A stretch of DNA of 64,000 bases, taken from the NCBI GenBank assembly GCA_965235115.1, contig OZ249436.1, positions 41,418,001-41,482,000 of the forward strand, given 5' to 3'. Numbering within the stretch: the stretch's first letter is position 1; the number at the start of each line of letters is the position of its first letter. The notes beneath the pieces were generated by a model. That model worked only from the letters and a program-made list of their open reading frames with translations, did no database searches and was not told the DNA's origin. The DNA is from Laetmonice hystrix. Its lineage: Eukaryota. Position numbers and translations under genes: made by a program. Shown one piece after another: positions 12,419-24,993 of this stretch.

Positions 12419-14429
12419 AGGTGCTCTCACACTAGAGCTACGGCGCTACTACGACTACTACGGTAATAGTCCACTACGGTTTTTACTACGATGTGCCATG
12501 GTACGATATACTACGTTTATACTACGGTGCTACTACGATGTAGTACGGTCCTTCTAAGGTCCTACTACGGACCAACTACTACGGTTTAGTACGAATTACT
12601 ACGGTAGGGTACGATTTGCTGCGTTTCAATACGTTCTAATACGCACTACTACGTATCTACTACGTATCTACTACGTATCTACTACGGTTGATCGGAAGTG
12701 GCGCGTGCGAATTGGCGCCAACTGTCACCTTTTATTGGCGCCAAATTTCACTTTTTTTCAGTCATGGCTGACTTGCCAACACTCCTTATTTCCACATCCA
12801 CCGCTATCCTACTGCAGCGTCGTTTGCAGAGCGCTTCTGGGTACGATATTGGCTGCTCAGAAGGCCAGGTTTTGGTCTTTATGAGCACCTTATTCCCGAG
12901 CTGGCTCATGAAGACAGGGCAGGTTTCCGAAATTTTTGCGACTAGAGCCTGAGTAGTGGGCGGCGTGGGTGGGTGCCCCCTAGCTTTTGCAGTGGCGTAG
13001 GAAAAGGGGGGCGGGGGGCATGGCCCCCTCAATGAAAAAGTTGGGGGGCCAGAGTATGTTTTGCCCCCCCCCCAATATTAAGGTTGTGGGCCAATTAATA
13101 TTATGTACACTTTCATACCTTTTTTCCAAAGTAATAAAATTTAAAATTGTGGAAAGAAAATCATATATATGCACACACTAATACTGACAAACTTGCCCCC
13201 CCCCCCCCCCAATTGCGAATAGCTTCCTACGGCTGTGTTTTGCTGATTTTATCATTTTAAAATGGGTGCAGAAGATGGGCAAATAACACCGGCATGATAG
13301 ACCTAACCGAACGGCTATAGTAGGGCCTAGGCCCCTAATTACTAAAAGCAGCGTTGACTAGACTAAATATCATCGTAGGCCTAATTAAAACTTCATTATA
13401 GGGCCTACATAATCTCCCATACATATTCGTTCATATTTCGCCACTTATTATAGTTGGCCTACTTTTTATATAGATCTATGGCTATGATATTTCCGAAATT
13501 TGTTAACCCTTTCAGTACGGAATTTCCATAATTCAATTCAGTGAACGAAATTTAGGCCCTATTTAATTTTTAGAAGTCTCATTTTATTTTATTTTGCCTA
13601 CATCTATAGGCCTACATTTACACTCAAAGGATCACAATGCTATTTTCCGTTCCGCTTGCTAGACATGTTAGCCTATGTAAAACGCCTCTGGTGACTCTAA
13701 AAATTGTTTTTTTTTTAAAGAACCAAATTCGCTTGGGCCGTTGCAGCGTCACGAATGTCACCTCAGCTCAGATTCGTCGTAACAAACCGTACTAAGACGT
13801 AGTAACTCCGTAGTAAAACGTTGTAATACCGTAACAACATTAGAATTCCGTAGCAGTCTGTAGTGGAGCGTAATAGTTTCGTAGTAGAACCGTGCAAATG
13901 TCGCAATGCGTTCGTACCAATACCGTAGTAACTTCGTAGCAGGTCCGTACCAAACCGTAGCGTAACCGGGTGGAAATGGGGTGTGATCGTAGTAGACCCT
14001 AGCAGTCCGTAGAAAATCGTCACATGACGTAGTACACCGTAGTACACCGTAGTACACCGTAGTAAACGTAGAACAACGTAGTAGAACGTAACACACTACG
14101 GTATTGTCACGGTTTACTACGACTTTACTACGTTTTGGTACGGTTTACTACGACTTTGGTACGGTTTTACTACGGTGCGCATTTTTGCTACGGATTGCTA
14201 CGGATTTGAAAAAGATTTTGTGCATGCACAAAAACTTTTTGGGTTCCGCCACGGTTTCCCCTTACTACGGTAAGATGGTACGGTCTTACTACGTTCCTAC
14301 TACGTTCCTACTACGATTACTACGGTCCTACTACGACATTACTACGACTACTACGGTAAAGTAAGGTATACTACGAACTCTAAACCGTACCATACCGTAT
14401 CGCTCCGTAGCGCTAGTGTGAGAGCACCT
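12419..14429. mobile_element. PIF/Harbinger-like element (TIR AGGTGCTCTCACACTAG.GCTACGG) rich in CTACG repeats, with a further insertion at about 12988-13237
   Basis: TAA TSD at 12416-12418 and 14430-14432; matching TIRs. Confidence 0.8.
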
Positions 14430-15571
14430 TAAGATTCGTAGGTGAATCACATGAATTCGGCATATTTTCTTCTACGACCTTTCCCGATTCTACACGATTT
14501 ATCAGTTCGTGACACGTCGTAGCTAATTCGGCTTTGGTGGGACTGGGGCTTTAGCCCTGATCTAGACCTAATGTCATCGGGACAGGTCGTAGCTTGGCTG
14601 GGGCACGGCATAGAACGTTGCTACATCGTTTGTCAATCTTGGTATAGGTCGCCATACATCGGGCCGGGATCTTGATAGGTCGAAGCTCAATCTGCATAGG
14701 TCGGCAGTGAACGTTGCTTTAGTCGTTGCGCTGTCGGGAAGGTCGGGCCGATGTCGGGATAGAACATGATAGATTCGTAGCTATAGGTCTTCGGGTTTTC
14801 ATGATTTCATCACGATTCATCACGACTTAAACAAAATTTCAGATCTTGATAGAACGGCATAGAACGTCGTACAATCGGCTTTGGTGGGACTGGGGCTTTA
14901 GGATAGGTCACGACCATCCACCGACGTAGGGCACGATTGGACGCGAAACTCCACGACAGGTAGCGCGGGACCCATCGTGACTAATCGTAGGACGCGCGTA
15001 TGGCTGATCGTGGCAGTGGATCCCAGGCATCATCGTGGCTTGTGACAGTCGCACAGTCATCACAAGACCATCGCACAACTTGTCCTGTGACTAGTTGCTA
15101 TTGCACAGCTATTCCCACGACTATCGCACGAGTAAACCTAACCATTCTTACGATTGCTCCTTGACAAGCGTAGGTACTCGTAGGTAATCGTAGGTGATCG
15201 CACGCTTTGTTTGGATAATTCCTGCGAGAAATCGTATGAGCATTCGTGCAACGGACCACAACATGTTCGCAAACTAACCTTTAGTGTGTGACCACTATCT
15301 CATAATCGTAGAGCGATTCCACGACAGGCCCCCCGATACCTCACGGTCCCCGATTACCCCTGCCTATCATGCGATCGAAAATTCGTATAACTAGATGTGA
15401 CTGGGGCTTTAGTCGTTGCTCGGTCGGGAAGGTCAGGGCGATGTCGGGATAGAACATGATAGATTCGTAGCTAGGTCTTCGGGTTGTCATGATTTCATCA
15501 CGATTCATCATGAAATTTCAGATCTTGATAGAACGCCATAGAACGTCGTACAATCGGCTTTGGTGGGACTG

Positions 15572-15603
15572 CAGTCTCGATCATCCAGACGTTACCGAGA
15601 CTG
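15572..15603. mobile_element. 32-bp micro-element with a 9-bp TSD (AcademH-like ends)
   Basis: CAGTCTCG...CGAGACTG flanked by GTGGGACTG on both sides, inserted in a MITE TIR. Confidence 0.7.
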
Positions 15604-16408
15604 GTGGGACTGGGGCTTAACATCGCTCATGTGCCCGCTCTTTAAAATGGACCTAATGAATTTATCTTCCAGCCCAGACTACACATGTACCCATATTTTT
15701 TCCCAGGAGTAGTGTCCGGGAGTGTCTCTGGATATTACTTGACCTCTTTTTCAGTATCACATTGGAAAGGGCAGAATTATGTCCATAGCAATTACTCGCA
15801 CAGCAATTACTCGACTGTTTTTTAGATGAGGCCTTTACAGGCAGGTGAACTAGTAATATTGATGATGTTTGGTTCAACAATACTGAACAACTAGGCGATA
15901 TGCACATTTTAAAATCTTTTTATTGTAAGTAAAATTACGTGAGTAAGTCAATTCAGTATAAAATATATATATTCCACATTTCCTCCAAAGTATAGGCCTA
16001 TAACCTGGACGTTTACTTTTTTGCATCGCAAATAGACACCAATGATTGATACAATCACACTCACACTCTGCATTATATGATTACGGCTTGCTCGGTGAAT
16101 TACTAAAATAATACTATGACTGTATATTATATGTCATGTCTGTAGATACTGTACATATTCAAAACAGGACCCCACATTTGTAACGGCATCCAGCCGAGTG
16201 GGAACTCCTGGGTAAAGATATCAATAAAAAAATAAAAAAACAAAAAACAATAGGGACAAACACATAACGGGACGAGGCTCCTTTATGGCGCGAAGTATGG
16301 AACAAGATGCTGGTGCCATGTCAAACATCTTCCATGTGCCATGTCAAACATCTCCGGATTTTTGAGACTAAAATTTGTGTTAAAATCCCACTTCAATACT
16401 ACCGGATA

Positions 16409-17209
16409 CAGGGTGGGTGGGTATTTGGGGTTTTACGCCTTGCAACAGCCAGGGTCATATCACGGCGGTGAAGATGATGATGAAAGTCAGTTTTTCTTGG
16501 TGGAGGAAACCGGAGTACCCGGAGGAAACCACCGACCATCGGGAAGGAACTGAAGGCCCGGCCACACAGAGCCGACTACCCCCAACCCGATGGTCTGAGG
16601 CCCGGGGAGTCCAAATCGGCCAACTACTCAGTCAGTCTGATATATGCCCAACCATGCCACACTGAATGCGATCCGAAAGTCGGGAGTGGGATGCCACACT
16701 AGCGACACCACTCGTGACCAGTATATACTATTGTAACTATTCATTCCCCTAGCGGCAGTTCCCACTCCGCCATGTTGTTTGTGTTGTCCCGCTCGCAGGG
16801 TATCTTGGGAGTAGCGTTTGTATGGTGCGCGCTGTGATTGGCTGGTAAGCAGTCCGACTGTTGAGTCTGGTCGGTAGGTATGCCACACAGGCCCGACTAG
16901 GCCCGACCAGACCAAACCGTTTCGTCGCTCATCTTGTGCAGGACAGGATGAACGACCGGACTGGTCAGTCGGTGAAAAACACCCGACTACGGCCGACTGA
17001 CCATGCCAGACAGGGCCGACTACCCCCGACTCGACTCCCCCAGACCATCGGGTCGGGGGTAGTCGGCTCTGTGTGGCCGGGCCTTGACTGACAAACCTTT
17101 CACACATGCAGCCCAGGCCGGGGATCGAACCCGGATCGCAGCGGTGTGAGGCGATGGTCCTAGGCGTCATGAGCCAACACCTTAGACCATTCGGCCACCC
17201 GAGGCCCCC
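16409..17209 (-). mobile_element. tRNA-derived SINE with a conserved central core (Meta/MESC/V-like), interrupted by a MITE
   Basis: Minus-strand head has A box TGGCCGAATGG and B box GGTTCGATCCC; core GGTTTCCTCCGGGTACTCCGGTTTCCTCC; (ACCC)n tail; 12-bp TSD TACTACCGGATA at 16397-16408 and 17210-17221. Confidence 0.88.
16554..17084. mobile_element. PIF/Harbinger-like MITE inserted in the SINE
   Basis: TIR AGGCCCGGCCACACAGAGCCGACTACCCC; TGA TSD. Confidence 0.85.
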
Positions 17210-17683
17210 TACTACCGGATATGCCAAAACGCACAAAATTTGTGTCAGATTTATAAGTTTCTGCGATCTGTTGGAAGTACTTAGCAGGGCGGTAGAACAT
17301 GAATGGTGATGTGACGTCACAGGCATTAAACGCTTGTAGCTTTGGGCCTGTCATACATCTGAGGGTATTTCTCAACCGGAAATGAAATGATTATGTACGA
17401 TACATAATGAATCTTGTCTTGGCCTATGGGGACCTACGTGGTTTACAGCTCTGTCTCACTCTCGTTCTCTTTATTGATGTCTCCATTTAGTTGATGTCTG
17501 TAAAGAGAAGACATTGACTGAAAATAAACGAGAGAAATCAGACACACGAGGACACACACAAACATGACAAATTTATTAATTTGCTATTGCATTGGTGAGT
17601 AAAGTTTCCTGATGTGTCATGTTAACAGTAAACAGTATCTCTTATGATAAACTGACAGAAAAACATTAAAAAATATATAGCTT

Positions 17684-18598
17684 CTATTTTCTCACCTTTG
17701 CCTTCCGTTTTAGACCTTCCTTGCTGAGGTATCCAAGGGTAAACCACTTGCCATATTTGAGCATTCCATTATATACTTGAAGCTTTACTCCTTGGCGGGA
17801 CTCGCCGATGTACTGTGGTAAATGCATGGTATAGAGAACTTGTTGATCAGTGCTCATCCAACCAAGTTGTAACATTTTTTCTGTAAACTGTTTGTAGGAC
17901 TGGGTCCATTTCTTCATGAGATCCATTGTTCCTATGAAAAATCCACCACCAATCCATACCAGATTCCTCTCTACAACTTGTTTAGCTGTCCGTAACCGTT
18001 TATCAAACCTGTAAACCCTTCCGTACGCTATCTTTGAAGGGTCAAACATTGGCGGAATGTAAAGAGAAAACGCCCCCGAGTTATACGGCACATCACGGAA
18101 ATAGCCCAAGTCTAGCCAGCTGACGTATTTCGTGTTGAAAAGATTTTCTTTGGTAACATTTTCGACGAGGTCATATTTTGCGTGCATTACACACGAGTAG
18201 TCAGACAAAACGGTGTTAGGATGATGTTTGGGATAATTTGGCAATGAATAAATTTGATTTATTCGGTCTCGCAGTGAAAACGACCACAGAAATGTCCTGT
18301 TTACTTTGTAGATTTTAGTCATGTTGCAGGGGAACATACTTCTTACTCTTCTAAACCTAGCTATGTCATCATCAGTTTCAAAAAATGCTACAACTGGATT
18401 ATCAATGTCCTGGAACACCTTTCCCCAGTTCAGGTACGTGTGTGGAGAAAATCTTTTCCAGAAAAGACCCTTGCGAAATCTTCCTAGATTGAAATAGCCG
18501 GTGACTATCGTCAAATCGTCTCGTCTATTTATGTCGTTCCCGTCTATGATCTTCTGAGCAGGACCACTTTCCCACTCTGAATAAGGATTACAAAGTAC
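17684..18598 (-). CDS. htrL: HtrL/YibB-family (glycosyltransferase-like) protein, exon 2 (catalytic domain)
   Basis: Long intact ORF with TIVTGYFNLG, YSCVMHAKY, NLFNTKYVSWLDLGYFR, WIGGGFFIG and TDQQVLY motifs typical of HtrL-like proteins; acceptor TTTTTCAG| ending at 18599, phase 0. Confidence 0.85.
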   Translation of the reverse strand, partial: VLCNPYSEWESGPAQKIIDGNDINRRDDLTIVTGYFNLGRFRKGLFWKRFSPHTYLNWGKVFQDIDNPVVAFFETDDDIARFRRVRSMFPCNMTKIYKVNRTFLWSFSLRDRINQIYSLPNYPKHHPNTVLSDYSCVMHAKYDLVENVTKENLFNTKYVSWLDLGYFRDVPYNSGAFSLYIPPMFDPSKIAYGRVYRFDKRLRTAKQVVERNLVWIGGGFFIGTMDLMKKWTQSYKQFTEKMLQLGWMSTDQQVLYTMHLPQYIGESRQGVKLQVYNGMLKYGKWFTLGYLSKEGLKRKAKVRK

Positions 18599-19328
18599 CT
18601 GAAAAATTAAAATACAACTATTGAAAAAGTATTTCAAATATAGCATGCTATTCTTATCATGCATGAAGTTAGGGGCTAAAAAATAACTCATGGGGTTGCA
18701 CAGTAGGCCTACTAGGCCTATACATTTAAAAACATGTCTAACTGGAGTTTCTTATCAGCCTAGAACTTGTAGAAACAAGCGACAACTGGTCAGAAACGAA
18801 TAAAGTATCATTTTTGCCCTTGGCATTCGATCCAAATTGTGCATTTTGGCAAGGGATTCTGTGTAAAACAGCGATGGCCCATACTGCCCTCCCAAAAGAG
18901 ACTGCAGTATCTGCAATTTTGTCAAAATTGAGAAAACATGCTTGGCAGACTTAGCGCTATCAGCGCCATCTATCAATAGCTACAATAATGTATACCACCC
19001 GCTAGGACTGAGAAAAGGTGCAGTATCTACAAGAAGGTATCATCACCAGGACCAGGACCAGGACACCAAGCCAAAAAGCAGTATGTTACAGTTACTGCAC
19101 TTCAGCATGGGATGACACAATACATTTAGCACATACTTCACTTTTACTTTTAGGAAGCCTAATTATGAAAATGAGGCTGCAGTTACTGCAGACTCATTGT
19201 TTGAAATGACGGAACGTCATTGACGATAGACAGAGGAAAACACACGGAAAACCCCTGCAGAGTATTGTATTAAATAAATCTTGCGTCATTAAATAATAAG
19301 CATTGGGTAGGCCTACACCATACATTAA

Positions 19329-20198
19329 AGAGGGGGGGGTCATAATCATGCCACTTTACTTGTAAGTTGGAATATATTTCACAAAAAACATCTTCTACGG
19401 ATCCCCCAACATACACACCCTTACCAACCCCGCTGTGAGTGACGGGAGTGGGTAACATCATCCCCGTGCTGAAAACGCTCTGTTCGGCACCACTGAGTGC
19501 TCCACTGTGGTGGGTGACGTCACAAAATTGTAAACAGAGCCTGGAGCAGCAATAAGATAGGGTCATGGCATCTTCAGATTCAGATAACTCCTTTTCTAAT
19601 GATGAATCCAGTTATGAGATGGAAAATTTCTACGATCCTGGAAGTGGGATAGATGAGGAGGAGGATGTTGGAGCAGAACAAGAGGTTTTGGGGTGGATGT
19701 ATGAGCCACAGAGATGGGCATCTCCGAAGTGGTCAAGTGCTACACACATAGCCTAGAACCACCCCTTCTTGAGCTGTTATAAGTTCATCCACTTTCTCTT
19801 CAGGGTTTCCTCTTTTGGTATAGAGAAAAGAGACACCCCATCTGGACATGACTGGCTACAATACTTCAGACAACTAGCTTCACCATTTTCTCTGGACAAT
19901 CTTGTGGGCATGTAAGCCGGTGTCTTCACTGCGCTATCATAGTTGCTGATAGCGCGTGGCATGGCTTGGGTTGATCTGGGTCATCCCATTACAAGTTTGT
20001 GACTCATATAATGATATGCAGTGTTGATGGACCTAGATCGGGTCGTTTGGGAAAGGGGTGAGGAATGCCACTTAGAGTGTCCCTATAAAATATGTTTTCT
20101 TTGTACACCGGCACTTATATTCAGGAATTGGGCTCGAAACTATTCTATTTCAATGATATTTAATGGAAACAACTTAAAATTATTATGACCCCCCCTCT
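19329..20198. mobile_element. Non-autonomous Kolobok-like element, copy 2, in the HtrL-like intron
   Basis: TTAA TSD at 19325-19328 and 20199-20202; same TIR and THAP/acidic ORF remnants as copy 1. It is flanked by older inverted arms at about 18878-18935 and 20440-20495. Confidence 0.8.
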
Positions 20199-21310
20199 TT
20201 AAGTAGAAGATAGCTTTACATGATCAGTTACTGCACTTTTACTTATGGACGACCTCATTATTTTCCTTTCCAGTTCCCAAGCTGGAGTGCCGTATCTACA
20301 GTACTCGCTATCTAGGTCAACTCTGACAGAAAAAAATTAACACAAAAAAGATTTAATGCAAAATGTAAACTAAATATGTCATGACTAATTAGATAGTTCA
20401 AATACTGTAATAGGGCTGAGGGATAAACTTCAGGGTCGATTTTCTCAATTTCACAATTATGCAGATACTGCAGTCTCTCTTGGGAGGGCAGCATAGGCCT
20501 AATGACTTACAAAATGGCACCAATATTCCATTGCTTTCATCCCTATAGGCCCTACTGTTTTCAGTACAGATTTTAGATCTACTGGTGACCTCACCGACAT
20601 GCACCCCCTCCTCAATGGAGGTCGGCGTGTGGCACACACACAGCCCCAGCTATGATCAAATAACAATGTTAGAGCAGCATAATATTCCCAGGTGTTACCT
20701 CAAAGCCAAAATAAATTAGCCCTATCTATTGTGTGCACCGTATGCAGGACCATTATTCATCAATGGACATTATATTTGGAAAGTGGAAATTCTGCCGAGA
20801 GTGGGAGGAGTGGGATCTAACCGGGTCTAACCAGGCCTACGCTGTGGCCACAGGTAGGCCTGCTAGGCTAGTGTGTGCGGGTGGGGGTGGGGGTGGGGGT
20901 GGGTGTGTCCCTGTCTGCAACGGTCGGGCTCAAGTTGGGGGGGGGGGGGTGGCAGAACAGATAGGCCTAATATATTGGAGGGGTGTAATTGGGGGTGGGC
21001 CCATTTTGCTTGAGCCTATACAAAAACAGGGGTGTATAAGGAAATCGAATACTACCGAATACTAGTATTCGGTATCCTTATGGGCATAAGGAAACCGAAT
21101 ACTATACAAATATGGCGCTTGGTTGAGTGCAATATGAAAATTTATAGCACGATGGCAACTGATATTGCACGACGCGAAGCGGAGTGCAATATCAGTTTCC
21201 AGAGTGCATGTCCGCAACACTCGATTGGCCTCAAGTTCGAGTGCAAGTTGGAGTGAATGTTGGCCTACTCTATTCTAGTCTAGTCTGGATAGGCCTTCTT
21301 CTTCACTTAC

Positions 21311-21418
21311 CCTTCGCGGTATCCGTAGTCGACTCGTGGATTGTGTACCGAGTACTAGCAGGAAGGCAGCGCCCAAAATGATACCAACGATATGACCACG
21401 ACGACATCTGGTTTTCAT
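21311..21418 (-). CDS. htrL: HtrL-like gene, coding exon 1 (type II signal anchor)
   Basis: AAAATG start; MKTRCRRGHIVGIILGAAFLLVLGTQSTSRLRIPRR (basic tail plus hydrophobic helix); GTAAGT donor in phase 0, matching exon 2. Confidence 0.75.
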
Positions 21419-23044
21419 TTTTAATCGATCCAATTACTGTAATGTTAATTGTTATAACAAGTAATTTTAGCGAGGTATCAGTACCGTATTTAATTTAGCG
21501 AATTTAGCGATTTGCTTTTTTCGCTAAGAATAGTTGCCATAAAGCCTTCCATACTACAGCTGGGGTTCGAAATACTTTTAAAATTTTGATTCACAATAAT
21601 TACTGAGCTATCTGGTTTGTAGAAGCAGTATAGGCAATATTTTGCGACTCATCTCTTTAAAAAGTTAATTTGATTCGCAATAGACTGATTTTGGCATGCA
21701 AATTGCGATGCGCATCCAGGGAATTCTAGCTCTAGATTTCTACTAGTAGGCCTATACTAATTCCCAAATCGCTAAAATTTGTACCCGCTAAATAAAATAG
21801 TCCATATTAAAAATTCGCTAAATTTTACCGGCTAAATTAAACTGTTATACAGAGGCTATAGGTATGGTCTACTTACTACTACTGTCCCATAATTAAGTAG
21901 GCCTAATGGAAGATGCATGCGAGTGCATGTGAGTGCATGGGCCTTCCGGCTTCGATTGCACTAGTCGTCAATGACAACAATGCGGTCTTTGTCAGAAGCA
22001 ATCCGACCACTCACAACGTATAGGCTATAGGCCTACATCTAGATTTCTCTTCCTAGTAGCAGTAGGCCTATAAGTAAGCATATTAGCCCAAACACGGCCA
22101 TGTCTCAGTCTCGATCATCCAGCCGATGTGGCGTCATTAGAGCTATGTAGGTCAGGGAATACCCTCTTCTGGTTGCCAGCAAAATATGGATTCACACCTG
22201 TAACCTTAGAACTGCTTCACTTTACTCCCGCTAGGGGGCCGGGCGCGGAATAGGAGGGCCATCTAAACTATTATTCCTTAGAGCCAAGATTCTACCACTA
22301 AACTATATTTATCGCTGAAGCACAGTGTGCCTTATGTTTAAAATCCACCATAATAAATTCCCGGCAATTGTCCAGAACTTTTTCACTAAAAGAAACAAAA
22401 TATCAACACGCAATTTACAAGACAATTAAACCAATTTGAAATTCCTAAATACATTTCCTTACTAGCCAGGGACCTAAAGAATTTAATTTTATTGCAAGTA
22501 CAAAGGTAGAGACTTTAAATATAGAGATGATGGACACTTGATTTATGTATATATGTTTTCTTGTCAAAATGTTACTGTTCATGTCATGCGATAAGAAGAA
22601 CTTGTAAAGTTATTTAATTAGGCCCCTATTATTAATTAGCAAATAAGCCGTTCTTGGCTTCAGCTTGCCACAACACTTGCTATATAAACTTATGAAATGG
22701 AAATAAAATTAAACATTATTATGCGGAGTATAGCTGCAGACGTTTGAATTTTCTATGAATGGAGCTGTCTGAAATCATCAGGCCATACGAATCTAAGCTA
22801 AAACCCCAGATGCTTGTTTCTCGCTTGAGACTGGTGCTGCCCCTGGCATATAATCTATCCAGCAAACAAATTTGCTTAAGGGGGGGGGGGCCTCAAAACA
22901 GGATTTTAATGTGGCGGACATTGTAATAGTAGATATAGGCAGCCTAGGCCTATAGTCGGACCTATTGTCGGGAGTCCATGGTGGGGTTTGGTTTTTTTCT
23001 GGAAACTAATCTTTTTTATCCACAACAAACATGCAGCAAATAAA

Positions 23045-23839
23045 AAAAATGTTAATGACGTCACTAAGTGGTAATTTCGAGATCACCACAATTTTTTTTC
23101 TCTCTGAACGCGATTAACTCGTAATAACGACTTATTGACGTCATTAAGTCGTTAATGACGTCACTAGGTGGTAATTTCGAGATCACCACAAATTTTTTTC
23201 TCTGAATTGAACGCCATTAACTCGAAATTACCACTTAGTGACGTCATTAAGTCGTAATAATGAGTTAATGACTCCCTAAGTGGTAATTTCGAGATCACTA
23301 ACAAATTCTTTCTCTGAAACGATCGCGATTAACTCGTAATGACGACACACACACACTGCGATTACTCGTCGCACGACGGTCTCACGAGTGACGACGATCC
23401 GTCGCTATGGCAATGAGTGGCCTGCAACAGCCTGCGACCGTCGCAGACGGTCTGACAGTGCCGGAACCTCTGCGACCGTCGCAAGACCCCATTTTGTCCT
23501 GTGTAGATGAGCTGGGCCCGGTTTCAGAAGGGTTAGCATGATCTTAACTTAAGCTCTGCTTAGCCTTTTAGGACCCCTGATTGGACCAGCAAATCAGGGG
23601 TCCTAAAAGGCTAAGCAGAGCTTAAGTTTAAGATCATGCTAACCTTTCTGAAACCGGACCCTGGGGTCAAAAACTGGGTCACGACGGTCGCGTCGCAAGG
23701 AGTTGCAAGCAGTCGCAGTGTGTGTGTTGGGCTTTAGTGACGTCATTAAGTCGTAATAACGAGTTATTGACGTCACTAAGGGGTAATTTCGAGATCACCA
23801 CAATTTTTTTTCTCTTCATGTCCCCAACAGGGCTCCGTA
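23045..23839. mobile_element. Three-level nest: Academ-like remnant (ends CATGTCCCCAACAGGGCTCCGTA) containing a MITE at about 23346-23733, which contains a hairpin MITE at 23515-23660
   Basis: Outer sub-repeats GTAATTTCGAGATCACCACAA; the innermost element is a near-perfect palindrome with a CTG TSD. Confidence 0.7.
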
Positions 23840-24054
23840 CATGTGAGGATTTAGTCCGGAAAATGATTGGTTTGAAGATACTATACAGAAACCAGAATTG
23901 TCCTCAAAGAAATATACATGTAGGCTACATACCGGACTGATGCATCTAGATGCTACCGGAAACAATCCGGATAATCAACAGGGCTTTTCATGATAAAAGT
24001 TACATGTAGATGGCAGCACCGATATTTCTCTGCTACAATGTATTTCACTTTGTC

Positions 24055-24428
24055 CCGGGTGCGAATTTTTTTTCCCCACATTAGTTCCGGACCCCATTCT
24101 AGCTTCATTGGCATACAGCCAATCAGTGAACGCCAGACTCTATCGCTCGCGCTATGGGACCGAACAGTGTCAGTGAAGGTTTCTTATTGACACCGACATT
24201 AAGATCCACTGCTCAATTAGTGCCTATTTAGTATTTAACAATAATTTTGGGCTAATATGAAAACTAACACTAACCCTAGACCTAACCTTTACCCTTACCC
24301 AAACACACTGTCTCGCATCTCGCATGTCGTCGCCGGTATTCCATAGCCATATGTGTGCTTGTTTCTGATTGGCTGTATGATAATCGGGGGTCCAGAACTA
24401 ATGTGGGAAAAAAAATTTCGCGCCCCGG
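24055..24428. mobile_element. MITE with about 40-bp TIRs and an internal TAACCC-like tract
   Basis: CCGGGTGCGAATTTTTTTTCCCCACATTAGTTC and its reverse complement. Confidence 0.55.
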
Positions 24429-24993
24429 TGCCCCGGATTGGGGCAGAGTAAAAATATGCCCTATAAATTAAAAGTATAACAGAGGTCTATACCACGGGCC
24501 CAACCAAAGGTTAGCCAATGAAGTGCTTTGGTGCGTTGTCCAGACCGGGCCACGTATAGGCATATAGGCCTATGCCATAGAGTACACCAATAGTTATGTA
24601 ACTCCCCCTCTATGTTAGTTAAATGGAGAGGTGGACCAAAGGTTAATGGATCAATACAGTGTCAGAATGATTAAAAGACTGCCCGAGGCCGGTGACAAGG
24701 TATCTAGGTGCATTTGTGAGAAATTCGAGTTGATGTTTAATCTATAGGTAATCGAGTGCTGTAAACAATCCGGTGGCCAGTCTAACTTCTCATTTCCCAC
24801 TGCTATCCTTGACCTGTAGACCTAAATGTTTTATAACAAGATTACGGTGATGTCTCGTCGTAGAATACTAGGCTAAGTCATTTTATATCGGACATGGTCA
24901 TGGGGAAAAAGGATCAATCGGTGCATTAGGCCTATATCTAGATTAAGTCAACACATTTTGACACAAGTAGCCTACGTTATAGACCATGGCATG

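Larger units (their letters stand above)
8492..15617. mobile_element. Outer PIF/Harbinger-like MITE (TIR AGCCCCAGTCCCACCAAAGCCGA) hosting a nest of insertions
   Basis: TIR copies are forward at 8492 and 8772 and reverse ending at about 12063, 14550, 14897 and 15617. TAA flanks the 8492/15617 pair and TTA flanks the 8772/14550 pair. Pairing of the extra ends is uncertain. Confidence 0.7.

Noticed and set aside
9737..14364. Many overlapping 60-140 aa ORFs
   Set aside because: All lie within repetitive MITE arms and show no transposase motifs
17110..17209. Possible tRNA gene (also at about 26340-26400 and 53583-53680)
   Set aside because: A and B boxes are present or decayed but there is no proper cloverleaf; these are parts of repeats
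16628..17326. 232-aa ORF
   Set aside because: Runs across SINE and MITE sequence and contains no domain motif
18599..18691. N-terminal 31 aa of the 335-aa ORF
   Set aside because: Lies upstream of a strong acceptor; a better in-phase exon 1 exists at 21311-21418
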